A stretch of 51,598 nt of DNA from IMG/VR virus record IMGVR_UViG_3300018466_000001, positions 1 to 51,598 of that record, one strand, 5' to 3'. A program made the position numbers and the translations under genes. Source of the DNA: a virus. Below, in pieces: positions 8,586-16,811 of this stretch (position 1 is its first letter; the number at the start of each line of letters is the position of its first letter). The notes beneath the pieces were generated by a model. The model saw nothing but the letters and a program-made list of their open reading frames with translations, did no database searches and was not told the DNA's origin.

Positions 8586-8614
8586 TTGACACGCTGTCAC
8601 CGGATGGTTATACT
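8586..8614 (+). promoter_or_regulatory. Near-consensus promoter TTGACA-17-TATACT driving the plus cassette 8662-10366
   Basis: GGTGTTGACA motif shared with the promoters at 23854 and 30504. TGACAcgcTGTCA inverted repeat overlaps the -35. Confidence 0.6.
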
Positions 8615-8661
8615 TGTTGAGAGAGACGGAGCAGCCTACCCGAGACTGGAGCCTGAGAAGG

Positions 8662-8871
8662 ATGAGCAGCAACCTGCCGATGGAGCGCCCCACCTGCGGA
8701 TCGAACGCGGAGCACGGGTACATGACCCTCCGCCCGCTGCTCCACCAGTCGCGCGAGCAGAAGTTCTGCGGAGTGTGGTACGACTGCGGCAAAGAGGGTT
8801 GTCGCGCATCGGTTCTGTTCCCGTCTCAGGGCCTTCGTTCGCAGTGGGCCGAAATGGGCGCCACGCTGTGA
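8662..8871 (+). CDS. Small Cys/His protein (69 aa)
   Basis: ATG at 8662 preceded by CCTGAGAAGG. Sequence begins MSSNLPMERPTCGSNAEHGY... Confidence 0.45.
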   Translation: MSSNLPMERPTCGSNAEHGYMTLRPLLHQSREQKFCGVWYDCGKEGCRASVLFPSQGLRSQWAEMGATL

Positions 8872-8906
8872 GCCCTCACCACCTACCCTCTACCGGAGAA
8901 CGACCG

Positions 8907-9104
8907 ATGGATGTAACAATGTCTCAACTGCGCGAGGGGTTGCAACTGCTTGCTGATGTCGGTGGGTCGGCGTACCTCACGGTTACCGACGGACTTCCTT
9001 ACTTGGTGGTTGCTGCTATCAACACACCTCCGTCTTACGACCAAGGTCGCCTGCATGAACTCGGTTGGTCTGGCTCAGATACCGACTGGAAGATCAACTT
9101 CTGA
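8907..9104 (+). CDS. Hypothetical protein (65 aa)
   Basis: ATG at 8907 with GGAG 9-12 nt upstream. The rest of ORF 8358-9104 is antisense to the regulator gene. Confidence 0.5.
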   Translation: MDVTMSQLREGLQLLADVGGSAYLTVTDGLPYLVVAAINTPPSYDQGRLHELGWSGSDTDWKINF

Positions 9105-9135
9105 CGCTCACACTCAACTGCCGGGAGATGGGAAC

Positions 9136-9588
9136 ATGGGCAAGATGAACACCACTACCGTCACCTCCTGCCCCCTCTGCGGCGGCAACCTCTCCCCGGC
9201 CGATGCCGGAACCCGTTCGCAGTGCGACAACTGCGGGGCCAAGGTCAACGTCGTGACCGTCGAGCCCGGCGACCCCGATCCCATGACGGCCGAAGCCGTG
9301 ATCCGCTCCGCCCTGACGGCGCTCCTGCGCGTCCCGCTCACCTTTGACGCGAGCGAACGCTACCGGTACGAAGCGGACGCCACCATCCAAGAAGTCCGGA
9401 TCGGCTTGGGCAAGTGGTTGGATGGCCACGCAGATGCGGAGGAGGAGATGCGCTTTGACGCCTTCGCCCGCGACGTGAAGCGCCGCGCCCCCTTCGGCCG
9501 TGCGTGGACACCTTCCAACCTGCGTCCCCTGTTCGATGCAGGGCGTACGGTAGATGAGGTGCTGACCATGAAGCCCGAGGGTCGCTGA
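9136..9588 (+). CDS. Zinc-ribbon protein (150 aa) ending in MKPEGR
   Basis: ATG at 9136 with GGGAG upstream. Has CPLCGG...CDNCG. Its C-terminus is encoded by the conserved junction repeat. Confidence 0.55.
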   Translation: MGKMNTTTVTSCPLCGGNLSPADAGTRSQCDNCGAKVNVVTVEPGDPDPMTAEAVIRSALTALLRVPLTFDASERYRYEADATIQEVRIGLGKWLDGHADAEEEMRFDAFARDVKRRAPFGRAWTPSNLRPLFDAGRTVDEVLTMKPEGR

Positions 9589-9836
9589 TGCCTTCCATTC
9601 ACGAGAACCCGTCCCGCTGGTACGAAGAAGAGGCTATCGCCAAAGGCATCACACGTGAGCAGGCGATTAAGGAGAACGATGTAGACTTCGCCTCTCTTCA
9701 AGCCTACGGACTGGCGCTAGCGGCTGGAGAGACGCTTAACGCCTACAGCCAGAACAAGGTGAACGAGTTGGTGGCGCGCATATCCCTGCGCAGATCGTGC
9801 CTACACCGACTAGCCATGAAGCCGGAGGGCAGATGA
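9588..9836 (+). CDS. Hypothetical protein (82 aa) ending in MKPEGR
   Basis: ATG overlaps the upstream TGA. Its 3' end carries junction repeat CCATGAAGCCGGAGGG. Confidence 0.55.
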   Translation: MPSIHENPSRWYEEEAIAKGITREQAIKENDVDFASLQAYGLALAAGETLNAYSQNKVNELVARISLRRSCLHRLAMKPEGR

Positions 9837-10042
9837 GCCGCGCGATCCTGTACCGGAACGGCGGTTGCTACGTAACGGCGGCGGCTGGTGTCGGGCACTA
9901 CGTCGTGTACAGGCCATGGGGCACCGCGTCTGCCGCATGTGGCACGTTCCACTTCCCGAACGACAGCGACTACGCATACCGGCGAGCAGTAGCGGAGTGC
10001 GACCGCCGCGCTGGACTGCCCATGAAGCCGGAAGGGAGGTGA
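9833..10042 (+). CDS. Hypothetical protein (69 aa) ending in MKPEGR
   Basis: ATG at 9833 (ATGA overlap) with GGAGGG 5 nt upstream, inside the junction repeat. Confidence 0.5.
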   Translation: MSRAILYRNGGCYVTAAAGVGHYVVYRPWGTASAACGTFHFPNDSDYAYRRAVAECDRRAGLPMKPEGR

Positions 10043-10045
10043 GCG

Positions 10046-10366
10046 GTGGGAACCGTGGCCGATGCAATCGACCTGCGTAGACGGGCTAACGCTGCACTCG
10101 TTGCTTCTGTTCGTGTGCAAACGGACCGGCTCAAGGAGGGATTGACCCACAGGAGCGTTTGCTACCCTGTGGTTTCTGCCCTCCTTATGGAAGCAAGTGG
10201 CATTCTGAAAAGGCACCAAAATGGCGCCCTCAGCGATGATGCCTTTTCGATGCTTCACCTTATGAGATTGGAAGAGGCGCTTCGCCGCACTTCGAATACC
10301 TCGGCTCCAGTCCGGCATTCCGATCTTTACAGCCAGGCTGCGTTCGACTGGGCAACGGAAAGATAG
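10046..10366 (+). CDS. Hypothetical protein (106 aa); last gene of the cassette
   Basis: GTG start 3 nt after the preceding stop, with GGGAGG upstream. Confidence 0.5.
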   Translation: MGTVADAIDLRRRANAALVASVRVQTDRLKEGLTHRSVCYPVVSALLMEASGILKRHQNGALSDDAFSMLHLMRLEEALRRTSNTSAPVRHSDLYSQAAFDWATER

Positions 10367-10406
10367 GGACAGCAGCGAGGCGTGCCCAGTGGTGCTCTTC
10401 TGCATT

Positions 10407-10928
10407 TCACCCATCCGCCTTCGGAGCGAAAAGCGCGGTCTGTGCGTCTGCGTCCTGCCGGGGAGCTAGCGGCTGCGGGAGGGCGTGCGGTAAGATCTGG
10501 AGGGCGATCAAGCCACCCTTTGTTGCCCCAACCTCTTCGAATCCCGCCCGCCTGTAGCACCTCCCGAAGTCGCGCTTGCGGCGAACCTTCGTCGGGTCAA
10601 CGAAAGTAATCATCCCCAACTCCGGAGGCTCCCACCGCCATAGCGTGCAAGCAAGAGCCTGTCTTATCAACTCGCTCGACAACAGGTCCTTGTTCTCGTT
10701 CCGAAACGCGCTGCACACCCATGCTCCTGCCCAATCGTGTTTGACGAATTCCGCGTAGGGATAGGACGTGACCCAAAAGGCGGTAGCTGGGCGGGTAACG
10801 AGCACGAGGCATCGACCCGGCGGCACGAAACCTACAGCGCCGATCTTCTGCCGGTTGTAGTGGCGGTCCGCCAGTTCTCTCGCCTTCGGATCGGTTCTCC
10901 ACGACAGCCACCACTCCATGCTACCCAT
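10407..10928 (-). CDS. Hypothetical protein (about 173 aa; start 10928 or 10919)
   Basis: MGSMEWWLSWRTDPKARELADRHYNRQK...FRNENKDLLSSELIRQA... The long N-terminal extension of ORF 10407-11201 looks non-coding. Confidence 0.5.
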   Translation of the reverse strand: MGSMEWWLSWRTDPKARELADRHYNRQKIGAVGFVPPGRCLVLVTRPATAFWVTSYPYAEFVKHDWAGAWVCSAFRNENKDLLSSELIRQALACTLWRWEPPELGMITFVDPTKVRRKRDFGRCYRRAGFEEVGATKGGLIALQILPHALPQPLAPRQDADAQTALFAPKADG

Positions 10929-11065
10929 CCGCCGTCGTGGGTGCCAGCGTGGCGGGCGCTCTTGCCGGACCGGATGCGCTCCCACGGACCGGCCCCGCGC
11001 TCTCTGAGATGCGCATACAGTCCTGTAGCGTTGCCCTGCGTGGCCCACCAAACAAGGGCGCTGAT

Positions 11066-11569
11066 TCACGCACGGGGCGCCTGCCAAAGCTTGAGTGTCG
11101 TCCGCCAAACCCAATCTCCACCCGCCTCCTCGGGCACCACATGGACCACCTGAGCACGCATCCGAGAATACTTCTTCGGCATCGTTGCGGCGCTGCGCCA
11201 TGCCACGTCGGTTGAGTCAGAGGCGCGGTAGTAGACCACGTCATCCTCTACAGGCTCGCGGAACCACGCCTCACGCACGTACAGGATGACCGGCTCGGCT
11301 CCATCCACCGCGAAGAATGACCACGGGTTGTACAGGCGCTCGGTTACTAGCCCGTCTCGTTCGCTTACAGTATCCCCGCCTGCGTAACGCGCTACTGGCA
11401 CGTGCAATCCAGGCGACACGCCCCACAACTTGTCTGCGCGAGCTCGCGACAGGTCCGGCCCCTGCGCCATCAGGCTCTTGGGGCATGCGACAGTCACCGA
11501 TACCTCGCACGTCCCTTCCGCCAGAAGGGCGCGCACCTGTTCCACGGATAGCATGATGCTGCTAGGCAT
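11066..11569 (-). CDS. Hypothetical protein (167 aa)
   Basis: ATG at 11569 overlaps the upstream stop region. Confidence 0.5.
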   Translation of the reverse strand: MPSSIMLSVEQVRALLAEGTCEVSVTVACPKSLMAQGPDLSRARADKLWGVSPGLHVPVARYAGGDTVSERDGLVTERLYNPWSFFAVDGAEPVILYVREAWFREPVEDDVVYYRASDSTDVAWRSAATMPKKYSRMRAQVVHVVPEEAGGDWVWRTTLKLWQAPRA

Positions 11570-11786
11570 CGTCGTCCCTCCCTTCCGTGATCTCTCGTTC
11601 GCACTTCACGCATACCCAGCCTAGAACTGGATCGTGGCTGGCCTTTGCTTGATAGCAGTATTCGCATGGCACCTCTTCGGCACCACCCCCGAAGCCATGC
11701 CGCGCTCTTGCCGCAGCCGTGGCGGCGTTGCGGCGCATGCGCTCTGAGAACGCGTCCCACTTCGCCTGCTTCAGATCTCTGATCAT
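11562..11786 (-). CDS. Small zinc-ribbon protein (74 aa)
   Basis: Internal ATG at 11786. Has CEYC...CVKC. Confidence 0.45.
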   Translation of the reverse strand: MIRDLKQAKWDAFSERMRRNAATAAARARHGFGGGAEEVPCEYCYQAKASHDPVLGWVCVKCEREITEGRDDDA

Positions 11787-11829
11787 GGTTCCTCGTGAGA
11801 GTGAAGGCCCATCCAACCAGAGCCGTGCA

Positions 11830-12033
11830 TCACGGGCTCCTCCTCGCAGCAGAGCGGGCACCATCAGCGTCCGTTCTCGAAACGCCAACCTCTATCATTT
11901 CCACCACCGCCACGCCTTCCTGCCAGCAGCCCACGGGAGCGGTGTAGACGGGTGCGGCGCAGCCGCAGCACTCCACCTCGAACGGAGCAGGGCCGGTGTC
12001 TGCGAACGTGGCAACGATGTCCTCTTGTTTCAT
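11830..12033 (-). CDS. Hypothetical protein (67 aa)
   Basis: ATG at 12033. Sequence begins MKQEDIVATFADTGPAPFEVECCGC... Confidence 0.4.
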   Translation of the reverse strand: MKQEDIVATFADTGPAPFEVECCGCAAPVYTAPVGCWQEGVAVVEMIEVGVSRTDADGARSAARRSP

Positions 12034-12039
12034 GCTCCC

Positions 12040-12375
12040 TCACTTGTTTGGGTTCCGTCCGTCTTCTGCCCATCCCCAAATCAGAACCATGTCCATCCCT
12101 ACAGCGTACCGCTCCGCTTCTTCTGGCGTGGCTGTGCCGGACTTTACCAGCCTCTCCAGCCTATCCACCTCGGCACTCGCACGCTTGGCCTGAGACGCGT
12201 TCCTAAGCCCCTTGAACGCCTCCTCTGGCTCCCTGATGGTGCGTGGGAACTCATTGTGCCATGGTCTCCCCTGGCAGACGGTGCAGAGCGGCGCAGGGTG
12301 GTGCGGGAAGATCTCCGCCAGCGCCGTGTTGTCCACCGTGCGGCAGGCTTGGTTTGAGCAAACGAAGAGCGTCAT
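12040..12375 (-). CDS. Zinc-ribbon protein (111 aa)
   Basis: ATG at 12375 overlaps the DnaC-like stop (ATGA). Has CSNQAC...CTVC. Confidence 0.5.
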   Translation of the reverse strand: MTLFVCSNQACRTVDNTALAEIFPHHPAPLCTVCQGRPWHNEFPRTIREPEEAFKGLRNASQAKRASAEVDRLERLVKSGTATPEEAERYAVGMDMVLIWGWAEDGRNPNK

Positions 12376-13037
12376 TTCCACCTCTCCCATGCGTCAACGC
12401 CCTTGGCAGGGGCGCGCCGGTCGGGCCCGGTCAGCAGCGCACCCTTCAAGTTGGCACGCATGCGGCTAACGAGCTTGGCCCACTCGGGGCTACGGGTGCG
12501 AAGTTTCTCGGTCGAGTAGTTCGACGTGAAGAAGGTCGGGCGCCCAATCCGCGTATCAATCAACTTGAACAGGTGCGCCGTCGCGTCGTCTCCGCTGGGC
12601 TCAGTGCCCACGTCGTCCAGCACCAGCACGTCCGCCCATGCATACCGCCCAACCACCGCATCCGCCGTCACATCCGAATTGCGGTTGTACGTGGCCCGCA
12701 CCGCCGAGATCAGGTTCGCGCTGGACACCCACATAAGGGAGGGCCATTCGTCCTTGCCCTGCTCAAACGAGTAGATCCTGCCGGCACCTCTCCGGGCTAG
12801 CTCCATCATACTTGCGGCGGCTAGGAACGACTTTCCGCACCCTGGGGCAATCTCCTCACCGGTGCGCTCGCTGGTCAGCATGATCCCCGGCCCTCCCAAC
12901 GGTCGCCCTTCGTTGAACCACCGCTCTACCGCGTCCGTCCACTGAGAGGCGAGAGCCAACGCCTTCCGGTCCGGGTCCGGGTCGAACGTCGCGAACGTGG
13001 CGCGATGCAGGTGCGAAGGGATCTGCGTGCGTACCAT
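12372..13037 (-). CDS. DnaC/IstB-like AAA+ helicase loader
   Basis: Walker A IAPGCGKSFLA and Walker B VLVLDDVG, plus PTFFTSN. Start chosen at ATG 13037 to avoid a 113-nt overlap. Confidence 0.75.
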   Translation of the reverse strand: MVRTQIPSHLHRATFATFDPDPDRKALALASQWTDAVERWFNEGRPLGGPGIMLTSERTGEEIAPGCGKSFLAAASMMELARRGAGRIYSFEQGKDEWPSLMWVSSANLISAVRATYNRNSDVTADAVVGRYAWADVLVLDDVGTEPSGDDATAHLFKLIDTRIGRPTFFTSNYSTEKLRTRSPEWAKLVSRMRANLKGALLTGPDRRAPAKGVDAWERWK

Positions 13038-13080
13038 GAGAAAGAGCCTCTCGCGCCGCGCCGCTTCTTCGCGAGCAAAG

Positions 13081-13776
13081 TCAGCACTCGTCAACGTCTG
13101 CGAAGATCGGATCGTCGCGGGCAGACTCGCCTTCCCTGCGATATCGCCAATCGCGTGCGTCTTGCCGCGCCGCACCGTTGCGTCCGTTTCCATTTGTCTG
13201 CGCGTTCCGGTTAGCGTGAAACTCGGCAGCTTGCTCCAGCCACTTGTCGAACGAACGATCCGGATCTGTGTGCACCTTGTCGAAGTCGTGCGCCTTGTAC
13301 TTTCTCACCTGACGGTCAAGGTCCAGTTTAAGTTCTGCCGCCCTCGCTTTGTGGCGGTCTTTCGGTTCCCACCCCGCCGGTACCTGCTTCCACCCGTCCC
13401 CCTCTGTTTTTGTCTGTCTCTTACTCTCTCTCTGTCTCTCTCTCTTAGGGGCAGGTTGCTGGCTATTTGCTAGCGCCTCGATAGCGTCCTGCTCCGCAAC
13501 TATAAATCCTATGGTAATAAGGGGTTGCAGGTCCACGTCGTTTGTGCAACCGAGCCTCTGAGCGATCCATGCAGGGTCAGCCGGCACCTTGTTTTGCATC
13601 CTGCTCGCAAGGAGCATGATGCCAACCGCCAGCCACTTGCTAGCATCCTGCAAGCGAGTAAACTCGTAACTGTCCAACAGGTCGTTGTACAGTTTTATCC
13701 ACGGCGGGTTGCGGTCCTTGTAGTGCTGAAGGCGGTCGAAGTCCGCTACTGAAATGTACGGTGGCACGGCGGTCAC
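13081..13776 (-). CDS. Replication organiser/initiator-like protein (start 13776 or 13767)
   Basis: Sits immediately upstream of the helicase loader. Conserved-looking N-terminus FDRLQHYKDRNPPWIKLYNDLL, then a basic Arg/Lys/Glu-rich middle. Confidence 0.5.
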   Translation of the reverse strand: MTAVPPYISVADFDRLQHYKDRNPPWIKLYNDLLDSYEFTRLQDASKWLAVGIMLLASRMQNKVPADPAWIAQRLGCTNDVDLQPLITIGFIVAEQDAIEALANSQQPAPKRERQRESKRQTKTEGDGWKQVPAGWEPKDRHKARAAELKLDLDRQVRKYKAHDFDKVHTDPDRSFDKWLEQAAEFHANRNAQTNGNGRNGAARQDARDWRYRREGESARDDPIFADVDEC

Positions 13777-13807
13777 TCCGGAGTTTCAGGAAATGGCAGG
13801 TCGCCAA

Positions 13808-13966
13808 TCAACCCGGAGTCAACCAAAGCCAGAGCGCTCGCGACCATTCGTACAGGTCAATGATTTCTTCGCTCATGTTACATCGTTGGTTATGGGGTCC
13901 CATACCAGCACGCCCTTCGTGCGGTTGCTCTAGCCGCTCTATCTCGGCTTCCAACTCTTCTACCAT
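13808..13966 (-). CDS. Possible 52-aa coiled-coil protein
   Basis: Hand translation: MVEELEAEIERLEQPHEG...EEIIDLYEWSRALWLWLTPG. Below the ORF-track cutoff. Confidence 0.3.
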   Translation of the reverse strand: MVEELEAEIERLEQPHEGRAGMGPHNQRCNMSEEIIDLYEWSRALWLWLTPG

Positions 13967-13989
13967 GTGTCCGGTGGCCGCTCATGGTC

Positions 13990-14205
13990 TCAATCTCCTT
14001 CTGAGTACGCATGAAGACGGGGATGGCGCAGGCCCTCCATGCCGCCCTCCTCCATGCCGAAGCCGGTATCGCGGTCGAGGTGGGCGCGCAAACTCCCGGC
14101 CTTGTACATGTCCACGTAGCCACTGCCGCGAACCACGAGTTCCACGCTGTCCGGCATCTTCCGCATGATCGCGCGGAACTGCTTCCACCACTGTTCGCGG
14201 GTCAC
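13990..14205 (-). CDS. Hypothetical protein P2 (71 aa), paralog of 32386-32601
   Basis: GTG at 14205 (GTGA overlap) gives the same length as the paralog. Both share FR.IMRKMP.SVELVVRG.G.VDMYKAGSLRAHLDRDTGFGMEEGG. Confidence 0.6.
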   Translation of the reverse strand: MTREQWWKQFRAIMRKMPDSVELVVRGSGYVDMYKAGSLRAHLDRDTGFGMEEGGMEGLRHPRLHAYSEGD

Positions 14206-14405
14206 GGCTTCGGCTCCTTGCATAGTTCTGCCACGTCCACCCCGAGACGGGCGGCGAATTCATCCACGCGAGAGAGAGACAGGCCCCGCTTGCCCCGTAC
14301 CACGTCGCACACGTAGTTGTAGGGCCATCCCAAGTCGCCGTAGGTGTAGCCGCGTGCTTCAAGCAGGGTGGCGATGTTGGCGCGGATGCGGTCGTGGAGG
14401 TTCAC
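14202..14405 (-). CDS. HTH (XRE-like) protein (67 aa)
   Basis: GTG start in a GTGA overlap. Contains ...RGKRGLSLSRVDEFAARLGVDVAEL. Confidence 0.5.
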   Translation of the reverse strand: MNLHDRIRANIATLLEARGYTYGDLGWPYNYVCDVVRGKRGLSLSRVDEFAARLGVDVAELCKEPKP

Positions 14406-14725
14406 GGCTTCACCAACTTCAACACCGCTTCCAGCGTTTCAAGCGACAGGGAGGACCACACTACGTCACGGGCCAGCACCCCCGCGACGTGCTCCTTGCG
14501 AATGGCAGCGAGGCGTTCGGGCGTAGGCTCCACAGACGCCATGCTGCGACCTCTTCCGATCATGCCGCCGTCCTCCCGGCGGTAGCGCTCGCCGTGCGGA
14601 AGAACGATCTGCGTGGGCGTGACTCGCTCGACAGTGGCTAGCGACAGGGTGCGCACCCCGTACCCATAGGAACGTACCACCTGATCTCCGGCTTTCAAAT
14701 TCGCCAGCCACGCGTATTCGCTCAT
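14402..14725 (-). CDS. Hypothetical protein P1 (107 aa), paralog of 31326-31675
   Basis: ATG at 14725 preceded by CCTGAGAGA. Shares WLA.LKAGD.VVR, ERYR..DG, VEPTPERL.AIR and LETL.A with the plus-strand copy. Confidence 0.6.
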   Translation of the reverse strand: MSEYAWLANLKAGDQVVRSYGYGVRTLSLATVERVTPTQIVLPHGERYRREDGGMIGRGRSMASVEPTPERLAAIRKEHVAGVLARDVVWSSLSLETLEAVLKLVKP

Positions 14726-14768
14726 GACCAAGTCTCTCAGGGTTCGTCTGCCTGCCGCCGTGAGAGAC

Positions 14769-14797
14769 AGTATAGCGACCCGCTAGCACCCGCGCAA
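14769..14797 (-). promoter_or_regulatory. Candidate promoter TTGCGC-17-TATACT
   Basis: Read on the minus strand between the RusA-like gene and P1. Confidence 0.4.
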
Positions 14798-14809
14798 GGG
14801 GTGTAGGAC

Positions 14810-15397
14810 TCATCCCGTTCGCCGCACCTCCACCTCCACCCTTGGCCTCTCCCTGTCCACCTCCATGCGCACGGGGAGGAAGGAGAAGCCGGAGTCGTTG
14901 GCGATGATCCCTGCTCCGATCCCGCGAGGTACCGGAGCGGCCAGCCCATCGATTCCCGCTTTCATCGAGGCCAGAGCCGAATCCGCGTCCCTGCGGCGAC
15001 GGTCCGGAAAGTAGAACGTGAGTTGCACCTCTGCGGTCTCCCACATGGGGCCGAATACCCCCGCCGGCCTGCCGTGATCGAGTCGCGGCGGCAAGGCCAC
15101 CTCGCGTACCTCCTCCCAGGCAGCGAAGTAGGCGGTGTGCCGGTACGCCCTCGTGGCCTTCTGCCGCACCGCCCAGTGCACGCGGGAGTTGGGGTGTAGC
15201 TCGCGAGGCGGTAGCGGCAGCACGACGCGGATGGTGCCTGCGGCGCCCGTGGACGCGTTCTGAGCCACTTTCGCTGGCGCGGGGGTGTTCCGGGTGCTCC
15301 CCTGTCTCGCCATGCGCTCTAGCGTCTTCCTCGCGTGCGCGTTCTCGGTGAGAGAGGCGGCGGCAAGCAGGCGCTCGCGGGGAATGCCGTTCACCAT
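14810..15397 (-). CDS. rusA: RusA-like Holliday junction resolvase (start uncertain)
   Basis: LPLPPRELHPNSRVHWAVR...FPDRRRRDADSALASMKAGIDGL matches the RusA pattern of hW plus acidic D..D..K..D. Confidence 0.65.
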   Translation of the reverse strand: MVNGIPRERLLAAASLTENAHARKTLERMARQGSTRNTPAPAKVAQNASTGAAGTIRVVLPLPPRELHPNSRVHWAVRQKATRAYRHTAYFAAWEEVREVALPPRLDHGRPAGVFGPMWETAEVQLTFYFPDRRRRDADSALASMKAGIDGLAAPVPRGIGAGIIANDSGFSFLPVRMEVDRERPRVEVEVRRTG

Positions 15398-15741
15398 TCC
15401 GAGCACGTAAGCACCTGTGGGAACTTGCATGACGCGGCCCATGTGGCGCAGGCAGCGGAGACGGTAGGCATAATCCCGCTCAAGTCCACAGTGAAACCAT
15501 CCCGTCCAATCCATTCCGCAACGTCGGGGTCTTCGGGATCGCATGGGGAATCGACCAGCGTCATCGTGAAAATCCTGTCATCCGGCAGTTGAACGGCCTC
15601 GAACTCGGTGCCCTCTGAGTCCGCGAGGACCGTTTCTACCGACTCCTGCTCGGTTGTGGCGGCTACGTGGTGCGTCACGAAATCGTCTTCCAGCACGCGG
15701 AACACGTGCATGGCGCTTGTGCCTTCCGCTGCATCGCTCAT
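15391..15741 (-). CDS. Acidic hypothetical protein (116 aa)
   Basis: ATG at 15741 in an ATGA overlap. Confidence 0.5.
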   Translation of the reverse strand: MSDAAEGTSAMHVFRVLEDDFVTHHVAATTEQESVETVLADSEGTEFEAVQLPDDRIFTMTLVDSPCDPEDPDVAEWIGRDGFTVDLSGIMPTVSAACATWAASCKFPQVLTCSEW

Positions 15742-15947
15742 CCCGCCCTCGCTTCCGCTCTGAGTCTCGCCGCTTCCTGCTCATAGAACTCAGCTTGAAG
15801 CAGGTTGTAGGTTGCGGACACCCTACGCGGGCGGCGTCTGCGCTCCCATGCTTCAAGGAGGTTGCAGGCCACATCCAGCAGGTAGGAGGTGATCGGGTGC
15901 GGGTTGCGGCGGTAGCCGTTGTCTCTCAGGATTCGCATCAGGTCCAC
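15738..15947 (-). CDS. Hypothetical protein (69 aa; alternative ATG at 15938)
   Basis: GTG at 15947, or ATG at 15938 sharing one base with the upstream stop. Confidence 0.45.
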   Translation of the reverse strand: MDLMRILRDNGYRRNPHPITSYLLDVACNLLEAWERRRRPRRVSATYNLLQAEFYEQEAARLRAEARAG

Positions 15948-16324
15948 ACCTCCGCATTTTTAAGCATGGCCTCAAGGCGCCGGGCCAGCACCAAGAGTTG
16001 TCGCCGAGACGCGCAGTTGTCACACATCATCCACCCGTCGGACGTTTCGCATGGGTCGCGAGGGTACTCACATGCGATATCACCAATGGTTGAGCGCAAA
16101 CTGGTGACAATCTCTTTGCCGGTCATTCTAGCCTGCGCTTCCTTGGCGGTGAGGTTGGAAACAGTTTCCATCAGTTCCACGATACGGGCGACACGTCCGG
16201 GTACGGTTCTCTTCCCCTTGCGCCAGCGGTTCACCTCGTTGCGGCGAGCGGCAAGTAGATCTGCGGCGGCCTGATCGCTCAGGCCGCGCGCTTCGATCCA
16301 TGCGGAGAACTCGGTAGCGGTCAC
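15938..16324 (-). CDS. HTH protein (128 aa) with a Cys-rich C-terminal half
   Basis: GTG start (GTGA). N-terminus LSDQAAADLLAARRNEVNRWRKGKRTVP. Carries palindrome copy 1 in frame (METVS). Confidence 0.5.
   Translation of the reverse strand: MTATEFSAWIEARGLSDQAAADLLAARRNEVNRWRKGKRTVPGRVARIVELMETVSNLTAKEAQARMTGKEIVTSLRSTIGDIACEYPRDPCETSDGWMMCDNCASRRQLLVLARRLEAMLKNAEVWT
16157..16169. repeat. Palindrome copy 1, GGAAACAGTTTCC
   Basis: Inside CDS 15938-16324. Read on the minus strand as ATG GAA ACT GTT TCC (METVS). Confidence 0.9.
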
Positions 16325-16719
16325 TGCGTGAGCCCCGTCGCAATCGCGTACTCTGCCTGCGCCGCAGCCACGCGAGTGGGGTAGGTGAAGTCCCCTTCCC
16401 GCTTGTCACATACGATGCGCCATTTGCGGTCCGGATAGTTCCGGCTCACGCAGCCAACGGCGCCCGAAGGATAGACGCAATTGTTGACGTACCATCCTCC
16501 GTGCCGCCACGTGGAGAACGTGGGGGTCCATTTAACGATGCAGGGTATACCGAAGCGCATGGAACGAACGTGCCCCCCAAGGGCCACCAGTTCATCCGCC
16601 GCCGCATCCAGCTCTGGCGTAGACTCCGCCATGTATACCGGCCGCCCGTCCTTCAACCATCCACGCATGCGGTCAACGAGCGGGGCGTAGCGGTCATCAG
16701 AAGAATCGCGATCTCTCAT
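16321..16719 (-). CDS. Hypothetical protein (132 aa)
   Basis: ATG at 16719. Its stop overlaps the next GTG. Confidence 0.5.
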   Translation of the reverse strand: MRDRDSSDDRYAPLVDRMRGWLKDGRPVYMAESTPELDAAADELVALGGHVRSMRFGIPCIVKWTPTFSTWRHGGWYVNNCVYPSGAVGCVSRNYPDRKWRIVCDKREGDFTYPTRVAAAQAEYAIATGLTQ

Positions 16720-16811
16720 GGCGGTTCCGGCTCCGGCGTTGGGTGTGGCGTGCTCCGTCTCTCTGTACCAGTGGTAACACCACGCCGCCGGTCGCGCAAG
16801 GGTCTTGTTGC

